Shown here: in pieces, positions 55,052-64,000 of the stretch
How positions within the stretch are numbered: the stretch's first letter is position 1
How the letters are laid out: the number at the start of each line of letters is the position of its first letter
Assembly: GCA_963819735.1 (NCBI GenBank)
Contig: CAWFXC010000001.1
Coordinates: 1,865,415-1,929,414, forward strand
DNA: 64,000 nucleotides
Source of the DNA: an uncultured Actinomycetes bacterium
Lineage (GTDB): Bacteria; Actinomycetota; Acidimicrobiia; IMCC26256; DASPTH01
Reading direction: 5' to 3'
The notes under the pieces: generated by a model
Told to the model about the DNA's origin: nothing
What the model saw: only the letters and a program-made list of their open reading frames with translations
The model's database searches: none
Translations under genes and position numbers: made by a program

Positions 55052-55080
55052 CGTCGTTCAGCTGAAGGGCGATCGTCTCG

Positions 55081-55359
55081 TCAGGCGTCGGCGTCGTCGG
55101 CGGGCTCGATGACGTCGATGTCCTCCTCGACGGGGACCAACTCGCCGTCGTCGTCGGCTACCGCGATCACCTCGTCGACCACGATGGTTCCGTCGGGGGC
55201 CTCGACCGCGATCGTCTCCTCGGTGGCGAGCACGTTGCCGTCGGAATCGACGAGTGCCTTCAGGTCGTCGACCACGACGGTGCCGTCGTCGCCGACCGCA
55301 GTGGTGACCACTTCGACTTCGGAGATGTCGTCGTCGGACGCGTTGGTGTCGCTGCTCAT
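55081..55359 (-). CDS. Small highly acidic protein with internal D-G-T/E-V-V repeats (hypothetical)
   Basis: 92 aa from an ATG preceded by GAGGAG. Has repeated blocks (GDDGTVVVDD, SDGNVLATEE, PDGTIVVDEV, DDGELVPVEE) and more than 30% Asp plus Glu. Confidence 0.45.
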   Translation of the reverse strand: MSSDTNASDDDISEVEVVTTAVGDDGTVVVDDLKALVDSDGNVLATEETIAVEAPDGTIVVDEVIAVADDDGELVPVEEDIDVIEPADDADA

Positions 55360-55460
55360 CGCGGGCTCCTCGTTGGGTGAGGGGAGATGATCGCACACTG
55401 AGCGGCGCGCGTTGACACGCGGCACCCGCGCGGTGCCGGCGAGTTGCGTAGTGTCGGTCC

Positions 55461-56252
55461 ATGACCGATCCGCTGGCAGGATTCACCGAGTCGACCTTCG
55501 CCTACGACGGGCTCGTCCGGCCGGTGTTCGCCGGCGGCACCGGCCCCGCGGTCATCGTGATCCACGAGATGCCCGGGCTCATCCCCGAGGTCGCCGACTT
55601 CGCCCGGCGGGTGATCGACGCCGGGTTCAGTGTGCGGATGCCGTCGTTGTTCGGGACCCCGGGTCGGCCGATGAGCGGCCGTTACGTCCTCGAGTCACTG
55701 ACGCGGGGCTGCGTCGCGAGCGAGTTCACGACGCTCGCGCTCGACCGCACCAGCCCCGTGATCGGTTGGCTCCGCCGATTGGCGGCCGAGGCCCACGCCG
55801 AGTGCGGCGGGCCCGGCGTCGGCGCGGTGGGCATGTGCTTCACCGGTGGCTTCGCGCTCGGGATGATGGTCGACGACACGGTGCTCGCCCCGGTACTCAG
55901 TCAGCCGTCGCTGCCGTTTCCCGTGAGCCCCGCCCGGCGGCGGGCGGTCGGGGTCAGCGACGCCGATCTCGCCCGGGTGAAGGAACGGACGCAACAGGGG
56001 GCGTGCGTGATGGGCCTGCGGTTCACCGAAGACGTCGCGGTACCCGCCGCCCGCTTCGAGACCCTGCGCCGCGAGCTCGGCGACGCGTTCATCGCGGTGG
56101 AGATCGACTCGTCGAAGGGCAATGCCCACGGCATCCCGCGGTCCGCGCATTCCGTGCTCACCGCGCACTTCGTCGATGAACCGGGGCATCCGACGCGCGA
56201 AGCGCTCGACCGCGTGCTCGCCTTCTTCGCCGAACGCCTCACTCCGGCGTGA
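55461..56252 (+). CDS. Dienelactone hydrolase family protein
   Basis: 263 aa. Has VIVIHEMPGL and the nucleophile motif GMCFTGGFAL (G-x-C-x-G, as in DLH). Confidence 0.75.
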   Translation: MTDPLAGFTESTFAYDGLVRPVFAGGTGPAVIVIHEMPGLIPEVADFARRVIDAGFSVRMPSLFGTPGRPMSGRYVLESLTRGCVASEFTTLALDRTSPVIGWLRRLAAEAHAECGGPGVGAVGMCFTGGFALGMMVDDTVLAPVLSQPSLPFPVSPARRRAVGVSDADLARVKERTQQGACVMGLRFTEDVAVPAARFETLRRELGDAFIAVEIDSSKGNAHGIPRSAHSVLTAHFVDEPGHPTREALDRVLAFFAERLTPA

Positions 56253-57015
56253 CGTAGGCGGCGGTGATCCCGCCGTCGACCACCAGGGCCGCACCGGTCA
56301 TGTAGGACGCGTCGTCGGACGCGAGGAACAACGCCGCCCGGGCCAGCTCCTCGGCCCGACCGGGACGGCCCATGGGGATGTGGGTGAGGCGGCGCCGGGC
56401 CCACTCGGGATCCTCCATGAGCTCGGCCAGCAGCGGCGTGTCGATCGGGCCCGGGCACAGCGCGTTCGCGCGGATTCCCCGCTGGGCGTACTCGACCGCG
56501 ATCTCCCGGGTCATCGCCAACACGCCGCCCTTGCTCGACGTGTACGCGATCTGCGGGGTGGCCGCCCCCATGAACGCGACGAACGACGCCACGTTCACGA
56601 TCGCCCCGCCGCCCGATTCGAGCATCGCGGGAATGCCGTGCTTGCAGCCCAGCCAGACGCCCTTGAGGTTCACGTCCATGACGCGGTCCCACGTCTGCAC
56701 CGAGGTCTCGGTGGTGCCGCCGTCGGCGGCGGGAAAGACGCCGGCGTTGTTGTAGAGCACGTCGAGGCCACCGAACGTGTCGACGGCGAACGCGACCATC
56801 GCTTCGACCTGACGCTCGTCGGAGACGTCGGCGTGCACGAATGCCGCGTCACCGCCGGTGGTGCGGATGGCGTCGACGGTCGCCCGGCCGTCGTCGTCGG
56901 ACGCGTCGACGACGACGATGCGGGCACCTTCGTGCGCGAACAGCAGCGACGCGGCGCGGCCCATGCCGTTCCCTGCGCCCGTGATGAGCGCGGTCTTGTC
57001 GGTGAGTCTCGTCAT
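56239..57015 (-). CDS. SDR-family oxidoreductase (FabG-like)
   Basis: Start MTRLTDKTALITGAGNGMGRA (TGxxxGxG). Has NNAG and YTSSKGGV (YxxxK). Confidence 0.85.
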   Translation of the reverse strand: MTRLTDKTALITGAGNGMGRAASLLFAHEGARIVVVDASDDDGRATVDAIRTTGGDAAFVHADVSDERQVEAMVAFAVDTFGGLDVLYNNAGVFPAADGGTTETSVQTWDRVMDVNLKGVWLGCKHGIPAMLESGGGAIVNVASFVAFMGAATPQIAYTSSKGGVLAMTREIAVEYAQRGIRANALCPGPIDTPLLAELMEDPEWARRRLTHIPMGRPGRAEELARAALFLASDDASYMTGAALVVDGGITAAYVTPE

Positions 57016-57113
57016 GGCCGTATGCTGCCGTAGATGGAGGTGGCGGGGCGGCATCGACTCCTCGCGGGCGCAGGCCCCGACCCCGACCCCCACGCCGACC
57101 CCCGGGCCTGATC

Positions 57114-58292
57114 GTGGAACCCACGGCACCGCAACCGGGTCCACAACCCGAGGTCCGGTCGCACACCTTCGTCCAGATGGCGGTGTGGGTCGAGCTGTTC
57201 TACGACCTCGTCTTCGTCGCCGCCATCCTGGTGTTCAGCTCGGCGGTGTCGCACCTGCACGACGCCGGGCACATCAGCTGGGTCGTCGCGGTGTTCGCGG
57301 CGGTGTGGTGGGTGTGGATCTCGACCACCCTCTACGTGAACCGGTTCCACGCCGACGACCTGACCCACCGGTTGCTGGTGTTGGTGCAGATGTTCCTCCT
57401 CGTGCTCGTCGCGATGGAGTCGCGCGCCGGGGTCGCCGACGATGCTCCGTACCTCGCGGTGACCTACGGGTTGCTGCTCGGCACCGTGGCCGCGATGTAT
57501 TGGCGTTCCGCGCGCGCCGGCGGTCCGCACGCGGCGTTCGCCCGGCGGCTGGCGGTACTCAACGGCGCCGCCGCGCTCTGCTTCTTCGTGGCCGCGCCGC
57601 TCCCCGACGCGTTCCGCATCACCTTCGCCGCGATCGGGCTCGCGGTGGTGGTCGTACCCGGAGTCATGCGCTCGACCCGTCTCGCCAGCGCGCCTCCGCT
57701 CGACGAGGCGCATCTCGTCGAGCGCATGGGTGCCTTCACCATCATCGTGTGCGGCGAATCGTTCGTGAAGGTTGCCATCGCGGTGAGCAGTAACACCGTG
57801 AGCGCGGTCGACATCGTCGCGCTCGCGTTCCAGTTCGTGCTCACGTTCGCGATCTGGGCGAGCTACTTCGAGGACATCCCCCACGCCGGCGTGAACCAGC
57901 GTCGCTTCGCCCCGTGGCTCGCGCTGCACCTGGTGGCGCAGATCTGCATCGCCGGCACCGCGATCGGGGTGTCGAAGCTCGTGCAGCTCGGCCTGCTCCA
58001 CCAACTGCCGGTCGAAGACATCCTGGAGATCATGGAAACTTTGGCGCTGCTCTACCTCGCCCTCGCCGGTCTGGGTGCCTGCACCCGGCGGCGCCCGATT
58101 CGTCCTCTGGTGGTGTTGCGGGTATGCACCGCGGTCGTGGTCGCGATCGTCGGCGTCGCCGCGTGGAAGGTGTCGTGGATCGACCTCGCCGAAGGCGTCG
58201 GGCTCCTGACCGTCGTCGCGGTCGTGCATGCGTTCCTGGTCGCCCGCGTGCGTGCCGGCACCGTCGTCGTGCCCGCGGTGCCCCTCGGCTGA
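57114..58292 (+). CDS. Low-temperature-requirement protein A (LtrA) family membrane protein
   Basis: 392 aa with about 10 TM helices. The N-terminal WVELFYDLVFVAAI motif is typical of LtrA. Confidence 0.7.
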   Translation: MEPTAPQPGPQPEVRSHTFVQMAVWVELFYDLVFVAAILVFSSAVSHLHDAGHISWVVAVFAAVWWVWISTTLYVNRFHADDLTHRLLVLVQMFLLVLVAMESRAGVADDAPYLAVTYGLLLGTVAAMYWRSARAGGPHAAFARRLAVLNGAAALCFFVAAPLPDAFRITFAAIGLAVVVVPGVMRSTRLASAPPLDEAHLVERMGAFTIIVCGESFVKVAIAVSSNTVSAVDIVALAFQFVLTFAIWASYFEDIPHAGVNQRRFAPWLALHLVAQICIAGTAIGVSKLVQLGLLHQLPVEDILEIMETLALLYLALAGLGACTRRRPIRPLVVLRVCTAVVVAIVGVAAWKVSWIDLAEGVGLLTVVAVVHAFLVARVRAGTVVVPAVPLG

Positions 58293-58349
58293 GTCGAGCC
58301 CGCGGGCTCGGGGCGCGGGCTCGGAGTCCGGCGCTCGGGTCGGACGCGG

Positions 58350-58787
58350 TCAGGAAGCCGGTTCGAGGATGATGACGGGGATGTCGCGCTCGGTCGACGC
58401 CTGGTACGTGTCGTAGGCGGGCCACACCGCGGTGAGCCGCGGCCACCACTCGCGCTTCTCGTCGGCGCCGGCGGTGCGGGCGCGGAAGTCGAAGACCTCG
58501 CTGCCGTCCTGCAGGGTGACGTCGGGGTTGTCGACCAGGTTCAGGTACCAGACCGGGTGCTGCGGTGCGCCACCCATCGACGCCACGACCGCGTAGGTCC
58601 CGTTGTGCTCGACGCGCATGAGCGGTGACTTGCGCAGCTTGCCGCTCTTGCGGCCCCGGGTGGTGAGGATCACGACGGGCACGCCCTCGAGTACGCCGCC
58701 TTCCTTGCCGCCGGTGGCTTCGTACTGGCGGACCTGCTCGGCGATCGGTTCCCACGGGCTCGGTTCGTATTCACCGGTCAACGTCAT
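58350..58787 (-). CDS. Deazaflavin (F420)-dependent nitroreductase family protein (Ddn-like)
   Basis: 145 aa. Has LTTRGRKSGKLRKSPLM, GGAPQHPVWYLNL and WWPRLTAVWPAYDTYQ. Confidence 0.8.
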   Translation of the reverse strand: MTLTGEYEPSPWEPIAEQVRQYEATGGKEGGVLEGVPVVILTTRGRKSGKLRKSPLMRVEHNGTYAVVASMGGAPQHPVWYLNLVDNPDVTLQDGSEVFDFRARTAGADEKREWWPRLTAVWPAYDTYQASTERDIPVIILEPAS

Positions 58788-58840
58788 GGCGCTTCTTTCG
58801 CGGAGGGCAGTGGGGGAGCCCTCAAGTTAGCGAGCGCGCG

Positions 58841-59641
58841 TCAGACGTCGGGAAGGTCGTACGGGAACTTGGCCGACACGCCGCCGTCGACGACGAGCGT
58901 CTGGCCCGACACGTAGCCCGCGAGATCCGACACGAGGAAGAGCAGCGCCGACGCGATGTCGGCGGGCAACGCCACGCGCCCGAGCGGTGAGTTCGCTTCG
59001 TTCTTGCGTCGGCCTTCGTCGCCGAGGTAGCCCGAGACGCGCGGGGTCCACACGACACCGGGGGCGACCGCGTTGACCCGGATGTTGTGCGGGCCGAGCT
59101 CCACCGCACCGGAGCGCACGAGGGCCATGAGGCCGGCCTTGGCCGCGCCGTACGCCGAATGCCGCGGCGCCGACGTGAGGCCCGACACCGACGCGATGAA
59201 GGCCATGGCGCCTCCGCCCGTCTTCGCCATCGTCCGGCCGCCGATCTGCATGGCCAGGAACGCGTGGCGCAGGACGATGTCGTGGTGCCAGTCCCAGTAC
59301 TCGTCGTCGATCTCGAGCAGGTCGCCGTAGCGCGCCATGCCGATGATGTCGACGAGGCCGTCGACCTTGCCCAGTTGCGCGACCGCTTCGGCGAACAGTC
59401 GCTCGACCTCGGGTCGGCTGGTGGCGTCGCCCGACCAGGCGATGCCGCCTACTTCGGCGGCGACGTCGTCGGCCAGCCCTTCGTCCTGGTCGACGCACAG
59501 CACGCGGGCCCCCACCGATGCCAGTGCGTGGGTCGTCTGGCGCCCGATGCCCTGGCCCGCCCCGATCACGACGAACCCGCGCCCGTCGAGACGGAGACGG
59601 CCGGGAAAGTCTGCGACTTCGGTGTTGTCGGTGCGGGTCAT
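58841..59641 (-). CDS. SDR-family oxidoreductase
   Basis: 266 aa. Has a Rossmann GxGxG (IGAGQGIGRQ) and YGAAKAG (YxxxK). Confidence 0.8.
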   Translation of the reverse strand: MTRTDNTEVADFPGRLRLDGRGFVVIGAGQGIGRQTTHALASVGARVLCVDQDEGLADDVAAEVGGIAWSGDATSRPEVERLFAEAVAQLGKVDGLVDIIGMARYGDLLEIDDEYWDWHHDIVLRHAFLAMQIGGRTMAKTGGGAMAFIASVSGLTSAPRHSAYGAAKAGLMALVRSGAVELGPHNIRVNAVAPGVVWTPRVSGYLGDEGRRKNEANSPLGRVALPADIASALLFLVSDLAGYVSGQTLVVDGGVSAKFPYDLPDV

Positions 59642-60447
59642 GGCATCACTACTCCGCCGTTCGGTCGTAGGACCTGGCCGGTCATGAACCGGGCCGCGTC
59701 ACTCGCGAGATAGAGCATGGCGTACGCGATGTCCCCCGGCTCGCCGGTGATCCCGAGCGGCGACTGCCCCGCCCGCAGCGCGAGCACGTGGGCGCGCGCC
59801 TCTTCATCCACTCGCCCGGCGGAGTCGGTCCAGTGGACCGCGACCATGGGTGTCTCGATGAATCCGGGGGCGACCGCGTTGACGCGCACGCCGTTGCTGC
59901 CGAGCTCGACCGCGGCGGTCTTGGTGAGGTGGATCACCGCGGCTTTCGTCATGCCGTAGACCGCGAGGTTCGGCGAGGGCATGTCGCCACCGGCCGACGC
60001 CACGTTCACGATCGCGCCGCCGTGGGTGCCCATGGCCCGCGCCGCGGCCGCGGTGCCGAAGAACACGCCTTTCAGGTTGACGCCGACGACCGCGTCGAGG
60101 TCGGCCTCCGCGGTCTCGGTGATCGGGGCGTGGCGGAGCAGTCCGGCCACGTTGGCCCACACGTCGAGGTGCGCGTGTTCGGCGAGTGCACGGGCGGCGA
60201 CCGCCTCCACCTGATCGCGCTCGGACACGTCGGTCTCCACCGTCGTGACCCGCGAGGCTGGTGCGACGTCGGCCACGGCGGCGGCCGATTCGGCGAGCCC
60301 GGCGGCGTCGCGGTCGGCGAGCACGACGTCGGCGCCGGCGGCCGCGAACACCCGAGCGGCCTCGCGGCCGATGCCGCCCGCGGCACCGGTCACGACGGCG
60401 ACGCGGCCGGGAAGTCCGAAACGCGCGAGCAGTTCGTCGTCAGCCAC
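59638..60447 (-). CDS. SDR-family oxidoreductase
   Basis: 269 aa. Has VTGAAGGIGRE and YGMTKAA. Its stop overlaps the downstream SDR start (ATGA). Confidence 0.85.
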   Translation of the reverse strand: MADDELLARFGLPGRVAVVTGAAGGIGREAARVFAAAGADVVLADRDAAGLAESAAAVADVAPASRVTTVETDVSERDQVEAVAARALAEHAHLDVWANVAGLLRHAPITETAEADLDAVVGVNLKGVFFGTAAAARAMGTHGGAIVNVASAGGDMPSPNLAVYGMTKAAVIHLTKTAAVELGSNGVRVNAVAPGFIETPMVAVHWTDSAGRVDEEARAHVLALRAGQSPLGITGEPGDIAYAMLYLASDAARFMTGQVLRPNGGVVMP

Positions 60448-60548
60448 GAACCTTCCCTATCACAGCTGAGTCGCACCGCGCCCCCGAGCCCGCCGCGCCC
60501 GACCCAAGTAGGGTCCCCTGGCGTTCCCCGCGTCCCGATGGAGGCCTC

Positions 60549-61532
60549 ATGCCGTTCAGCGTCGTCCGGTTCAACTGCGTGCAGCCCGGCCTCGATCCGG
60601 TCGAGATGTCGGCCCGGTACCGCGCGTTCGTCGACATGGCGGGGTACGCCGACGAGCACGGGTTCAACATGCTCTCGCTCGAGGAGCACCACGGCGCCGA
60701 GAACGGGTGGAGTCCCTCGCCGCTCGTGATGGCCGGACTCGTGTTCGGTCGCACGCAGAACCTCGCGGTGTCGATCTCGGCGCTGCTCGTGCCGCTCCAC
60801 GACCCGCTACGGATCGCCGAGGACATCGCGGTGCTCGATCTCGCCAGCGGGGGACGGCTCACGGTGATCGCGGGTATCGGCTACCGCCCGGAGGAGTACG
60901 CCGCCCACGGCAAGGACTGGGCGTCGCGCGGCGCGTTGCAGGACGAGGCCATCGACGCCATGTTGAAGGCGTGGACGGGCGAGCCGTTCGAGTACCGGGA
61001 CACGACGGTGCGGGTCACGCCGCGGCCGCTGACCCAGCCCCACCCGACACTTCTGCTCGGGGGCACCAGCAAGGTCGCGGCGCGTCGCGCCGCGCGCTTC
61101 GGGCTGCCGTTCTTCCCGGCGGCCCACCTCCCGGAGCTCGAGGCCTACTACTACGAGCAGTGCGCCGAGCACGGCACCGAAGGCTTCTGCATGATGCCGG
61201 GCGCCAGCACGGTGATGACCCACGTCGCCGAGGACCCCGAGCGGGCGTGGAGCGAGCTCGGTCAGTACTTCTTCAACGAGGCGTTCACGTACTCCGCGTG
61301 GCAGCAGCCGGGACAGACGTCGGCGGTGCACTCCTACGCCGGCGATGTCGACGCGCTGCGCGCCGAAGGCATCTACGAAGTCGTCTCGCCCGCCGAACTG
61401 GTCGACCGTCTGCGCGCGCAAGGTGCCGCAGCGGCCTGCAACCTGCACCCGTTGGTCGGCGGTATGCCGATCGACGAGGCGTGGAGCTCGTTGCGCCTCT
61501 ACGTGGAGGAAGTGCTCCCCGCGTTGTCGTGA
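60549..61532 (+). CDS. LLM-class flavin/F420-dependent oxidoreductase
   Basis: ATG preceded by GGAGG. Has a luciferase-like pattern (GFNMLSLEEHHG, GGRLTVIAGIGYRPEEY). Confidence 0.8.
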   Translation: MPFSVVRFNCVQPGLDPVEMSARYRAFVDMAGYADEHGFNMLSLEEHHGAENGWSPSPLVMAGLVFGRTQNLAVSISALLVPLHDPLRIAEDIAVLDLASGGRLTVIAGIGYRPEEYAAHGKDWASRGALQDEAIDAMLKAWTGEPFEYRDTTVRVTPRPLTQPHPTLLLGGTSKVAARRAARFGLPFFPAAHLPELEAYYYEQCAEHGTEGFCMMPGASTVMTHVAEDPERAWSELGQYFFNEAFTYSAWQQPGQTSAVHSYAGDVDALRAEGIYEVVSPAELVDRLRAQGAAAACNLHPLVGGMPIDEAWSSLRLYVEEVLPALS

Positions 61533-63139
61533 TCGCTACCGGGCTCCGCGCCCACGTCGCCCCCCATCGCGTGCGTGGGCAGGCGGCGAGTCACGAAGAA
61601 CGCGCCGACGGTGATGAACGCGGCCACGAGCAGCCCAGCCTTGAGCGCCTGGAGCTCGGAGTCGGAGTAGTGCGAGACGAGCGCGTCGACCTCGGCGGGC
61701 GGGACGCCGGCTTTGGTGGCCGCGACGCGCAGGTCGTCGGCGGGGACGAACGGCACTCCCGCTTCGAGGGACGCGTTGGCGGTGTCCTTGGTGGCCTGGC
61801 TGATCGCGTGGTCGGCGTTGACCTGCCCGAGGAACGCCGACGCCAGCCCGCCGATCACGATCGCCCCCATCAGCGCGACGCCGAGCGCGGAACCGAGCTG
61901 CTGCGCGGTGTTCTGCACCCCGCCCGCTTCGCTGCGTTCCGAAGGGGCCACCGACGACTGCACGACGTTCCCGAGCTGGCCTGCGATCAGCCCCATGCCC
62001 GCGCCGAGCACGGCCATGGTGATCGCGAACCACACGGTGTCGATGTCGGGCTCGATGTGCCCGAGCAGGAGCAGCGTGCCGAGCAGGAGCACGCCGAGCC
62101 CGACCCGCACAACCGTGCGGGGACCGAATGCCTTCGCCAACCGCGGCCCGAGCATCGCCCCGATGAACAAGGTGATGGAGATCGGCACCATCGCGATGCC
62201 GGTCTCGAACGCGTCGTAGCCCTGCACCACCTGGAGGTAGAGCGGCATGGTGAAGAAGATGCCCATCAGGATGAGGTTCTGGGCGAGGTACATGCTCACG
62301 CCCGCGCGCAGCACCGCGTTCTTGAACAGTTCCAACCGTACGAGCGGGTCGCGTCCGGACGCCTCGCGGTGACGTTGCCACGAGATGAACAACATGATCA
62401 CCACGAAGCCGGCGCCGATGACGAACAACGTCAACGAGAACCCGAACGGCTCCAGCGGCGAATTGCGGGGCTTGACCCAACCCCACGTGCTCGACTGCAG
62501 GACGCCCAGCACCACCAAGCCGAGCCCGATACACGACAGCACCGCGCCCACGATGTCGAGTTGCGGCGGCGGGCCGTCGCGCGGCGTGTCCTTCACCGCG
62601 CGTACCAGAAGCAGGATCACCGCGGCGACGACGACCTCGCCGATGAACACCAGCCGCCACGAGAGGTAGGTGGTGACCCAACCGCCGAGTAGCGGCCCCA
62701 CCGCGACGCCGACGCCGGCCATGGCGCCGACCAGTCCGTAGGCGACGGCGCGCTTCTCGCCGGCGAAGTTCCCTGCGACCAGCGCGACGAGCGCGGGCAG
62801 GACGAGCGCGGCGCCGATCCCTTCGAGCACCGACCAGCCGAGCGCGAGCGACGCCACGTCCCACGACGCCGCGGTCAGCGCCGAACCACACGCGTAGATC
62901 ACCATGCCGATGGCGAATGCGCGCCGACGCCCCCAGAGGTCGCCGAGCTTGCCGCCGGTGATCATCAGCGCCGCCATCACCAACGAGTAGAAGGTGATCA
63001 CACCCTGGATGGTCGTGACGCTGGTGTCGAAGTCCTTGACGAGCTGGCTGATCGACACGTTCATCACGGCCTGGTCGAGCACCATGAGGAACTGCGCCGC
63101 GCACAGGACGAACAGCACCCGCCGATTGATGGTGATCAC
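61499..63139 (-). CDS. MFS transporter, DHA2 family
   Basis: GTG at 63139 is the only in-frame start downstream of the upstream gene's stop. Has LDQAVMNVSISQLVKDF, GKLGDLWGRRR and about 14 TMS. Its 3' end overlaps the convergent LLM gene by 34 nt. Confidence 0.75.
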   Translation of the reverse strand: MITINRRVLFVLCAAQFLMVLDQAVMNVSISQLVKDFDTSVTTIQGVITFYSLVMAALMITGGKLGDLWGRRRAFAIGMVIYACGSALTAASWDVASLALGWSVLEGIGAALVLPALVALVAGNFAGEKRAVAYGLVGAMAGVGVAVGPLLGGWVTTYLSWRLVFIGEVVVAAVILLLVRAVKDTPRDGPPPQLDIVGAVLSCIGLGLVVLGVLQSSTWGWVKPRNSPLEPFGFSLTLFVIGAGFVVIMLFISWQRHREASGRDPLVRLELFKNAVLRAGVSMYLAQNLILMGIFFTMPLYLQVVQGYDAFETGIAMVPISITLFIGAMLGPRLAKAFGPRTVVRVGLGVLLLGTLLLLGHIEPDIDTVWFAITMAVLGAGMGLIAGQLGNVVQSSVAPSERSEAGGVQNTAQQLGSALGVALMGAIVIGGLASAFLGQVNADHAISQATKDTANASLEAGVPFVPADDLRVAATKAGVPPAEVDALVSHYSDSELQALKAGLLVAAFITVGAFFVTRRLPTHAMGGDVGAEPGSDHDNAGSTSST

Positions 63140-63186
63140 CCCTCCGGTCGTTCCGCCAGCGGGCGGAACACTAACGGAGCGGCTTC

Positions 63187-64000
63187 TCAGGGGAGCGGGT
63201 GGGCCGAGAAGAAGTTCCACATGAGCGTGTTGGCGTCGACCGCGGTGGTCTGCGGTCCGAGGAGCCGCGTGATCCGTTGCTGGAGGATGGGCCCCCCGGG
63301 CCACTCGTGGCCTTCGCCGGCGATGGTGTAGAGCTGCACCGCGGCATCGTTCGCGCAGCCGGCGTACGCCGTGAGGGTCGTACCGGGGTCCGGTTGCGAG
63401 GTGGCCGGCGGAACGGTGCACTGGTTGTGCGGCGCCCATCTCCCGGCGGCGACGGGGACGCTGTAGGTCCAGTACTTCTGCCCGTTGCCCCCGTACGGGT
63501 CGACCGGGTCGGCGGTGCCGTGGAAGGCGATCACGGGCACGGCGCGTGAGGCCGGGCACGGCGAGGGGAAGCGCAGCCCGCTGACCGGAGCGACCGCCGC
63601 GAACGTGGTGCTCGCATCGCACCCCAGCTGGCTCGACAGGCGGGCGCCGCCGGAGAAACCGGTCGCGTACACGCGTGCGGTGTCGACGCAGTAGCGCTGC
63701 GCCAGCGCGGGCACGAGCCGGGTGAGGAAGGCCACGTCGTCGGCCGAGCCCTTGGGTACCGCGGCCCCGCCGATCAGTGGCTGCTTCGGCACGTTCCAGT
63801 CGAACCCCGTGCCCGACGGGATCGCGGCCTGCGGATAGGCGACGAGGAAGTCGTCGGCGTCAGCGGTGGTGTTCATCCCGGTGAGGCCTTCCTGCTCGAG
63901 CGCGGTCGATCCGCTGCCGTGCAGGTTGAGCACCAAGGGCGTGGGGCGATCCGGCTCGTAGCCGGTGGGGGTGTGCACGATCACCGTGCGCTTGCGTCCC
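63187..64000 (-). CDS. PHB-depolymerase-family esterase (LpqC-like), 5' end outside the window
   Basis: Has LVLNLHGSGSTA and GFSGGARL (G-x-S-x-G), typical of the esterase/PHB depolymerase family. The ORF is open to the window edge. Confidence 0.7.
   Translation of the reverse strand, partial: GRKRTVIVHTPTGYEPDRPTPLVLNLHGSGSTALEQEGLTGMNTTADADDFLVAYPQAAIPSGTGFDWNVPKQPLIGGAAVPKGSADDVAFLTRLVPALAQRYCVDTARVYATGFSGGARLSSQLGCDASTTFAAVAPVSGLRFPSPCPASRAVPVIAFHGTADPVDPYGGNGQKYWTYSVPVAAGRWAPHNQCTVPPATSQPDPGTTLTAYAGCANDAAVQLYTIAGEGHEWPGGPILQQRITRLLGPQTTAVDANTLMWNFFSAHPLP

Overview
This is a high-GC (about 70%) actinobacterial-type chromosomal segment that is densely coding, with about 65 supportable genes. 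All calls rest on reading the six-frame translations and the DNA by eye; no searches were run. I found no rRNA, tRNA or CRISPR.

Gene content:
- **Core metabolism:** monomeric isocitrate dehydrogenase (truncated at the window start), mdh and glpD.
- **DNA repair:** an AdnA/AdnB-like helicase-nuclease pair.
- **Transport:** a glycine-betaine-type ABC transporter, a DrrA-like ABC-2 exporter, and four MFS exporters, two of them with an adjacent MarR or TetR regulator.
- **Sulfur amino acids:** cbs-metB convergent with metX-metY.
- **Signalling:** a PASTA Ser/Thr kinase, a GAF-GGDEF cyclase and an HD (small-alarmone-hydrolase-like) protein.
- **Redox:** several F420/LLM, SDR and VOC enzymes.

Most interesting items:
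1. A peroxiredoxin-like gene (54192..54731, minus strand) has an in-frame TGA exactly where the first Cys of the redox motif is expected (FG-U-LH-C). A GC-rich hairpin lies 18 nt downstream. It is a candidate selenoprotein with a bSECIS, or alternatively a fresh nonsense pseudogene.
2. Four perfect 73-bp tandem repeats, each carrying a 9-bp GC hairpin, sit in a convergent intergenic region (28315..28606).
3. A low-GC, multi-helix leader resembling a ydaO/c-di-AMP-class riboswitch lies upstream of a secreted-protein and GGDEF operon.
4. A DEAD-box helicase is fused to a C-terminal cold-shock domain. Its 3' end abuts a decayed IS630 remnant, next to an intact IS481-family element.
5. A 10-codon Thr run lies in frame immediately upstream of metY.
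6. A protein with a Lys-rich tail creates a local GC trough.

Many long antisense ORFs in the track are high-GC artefacts and were not called.
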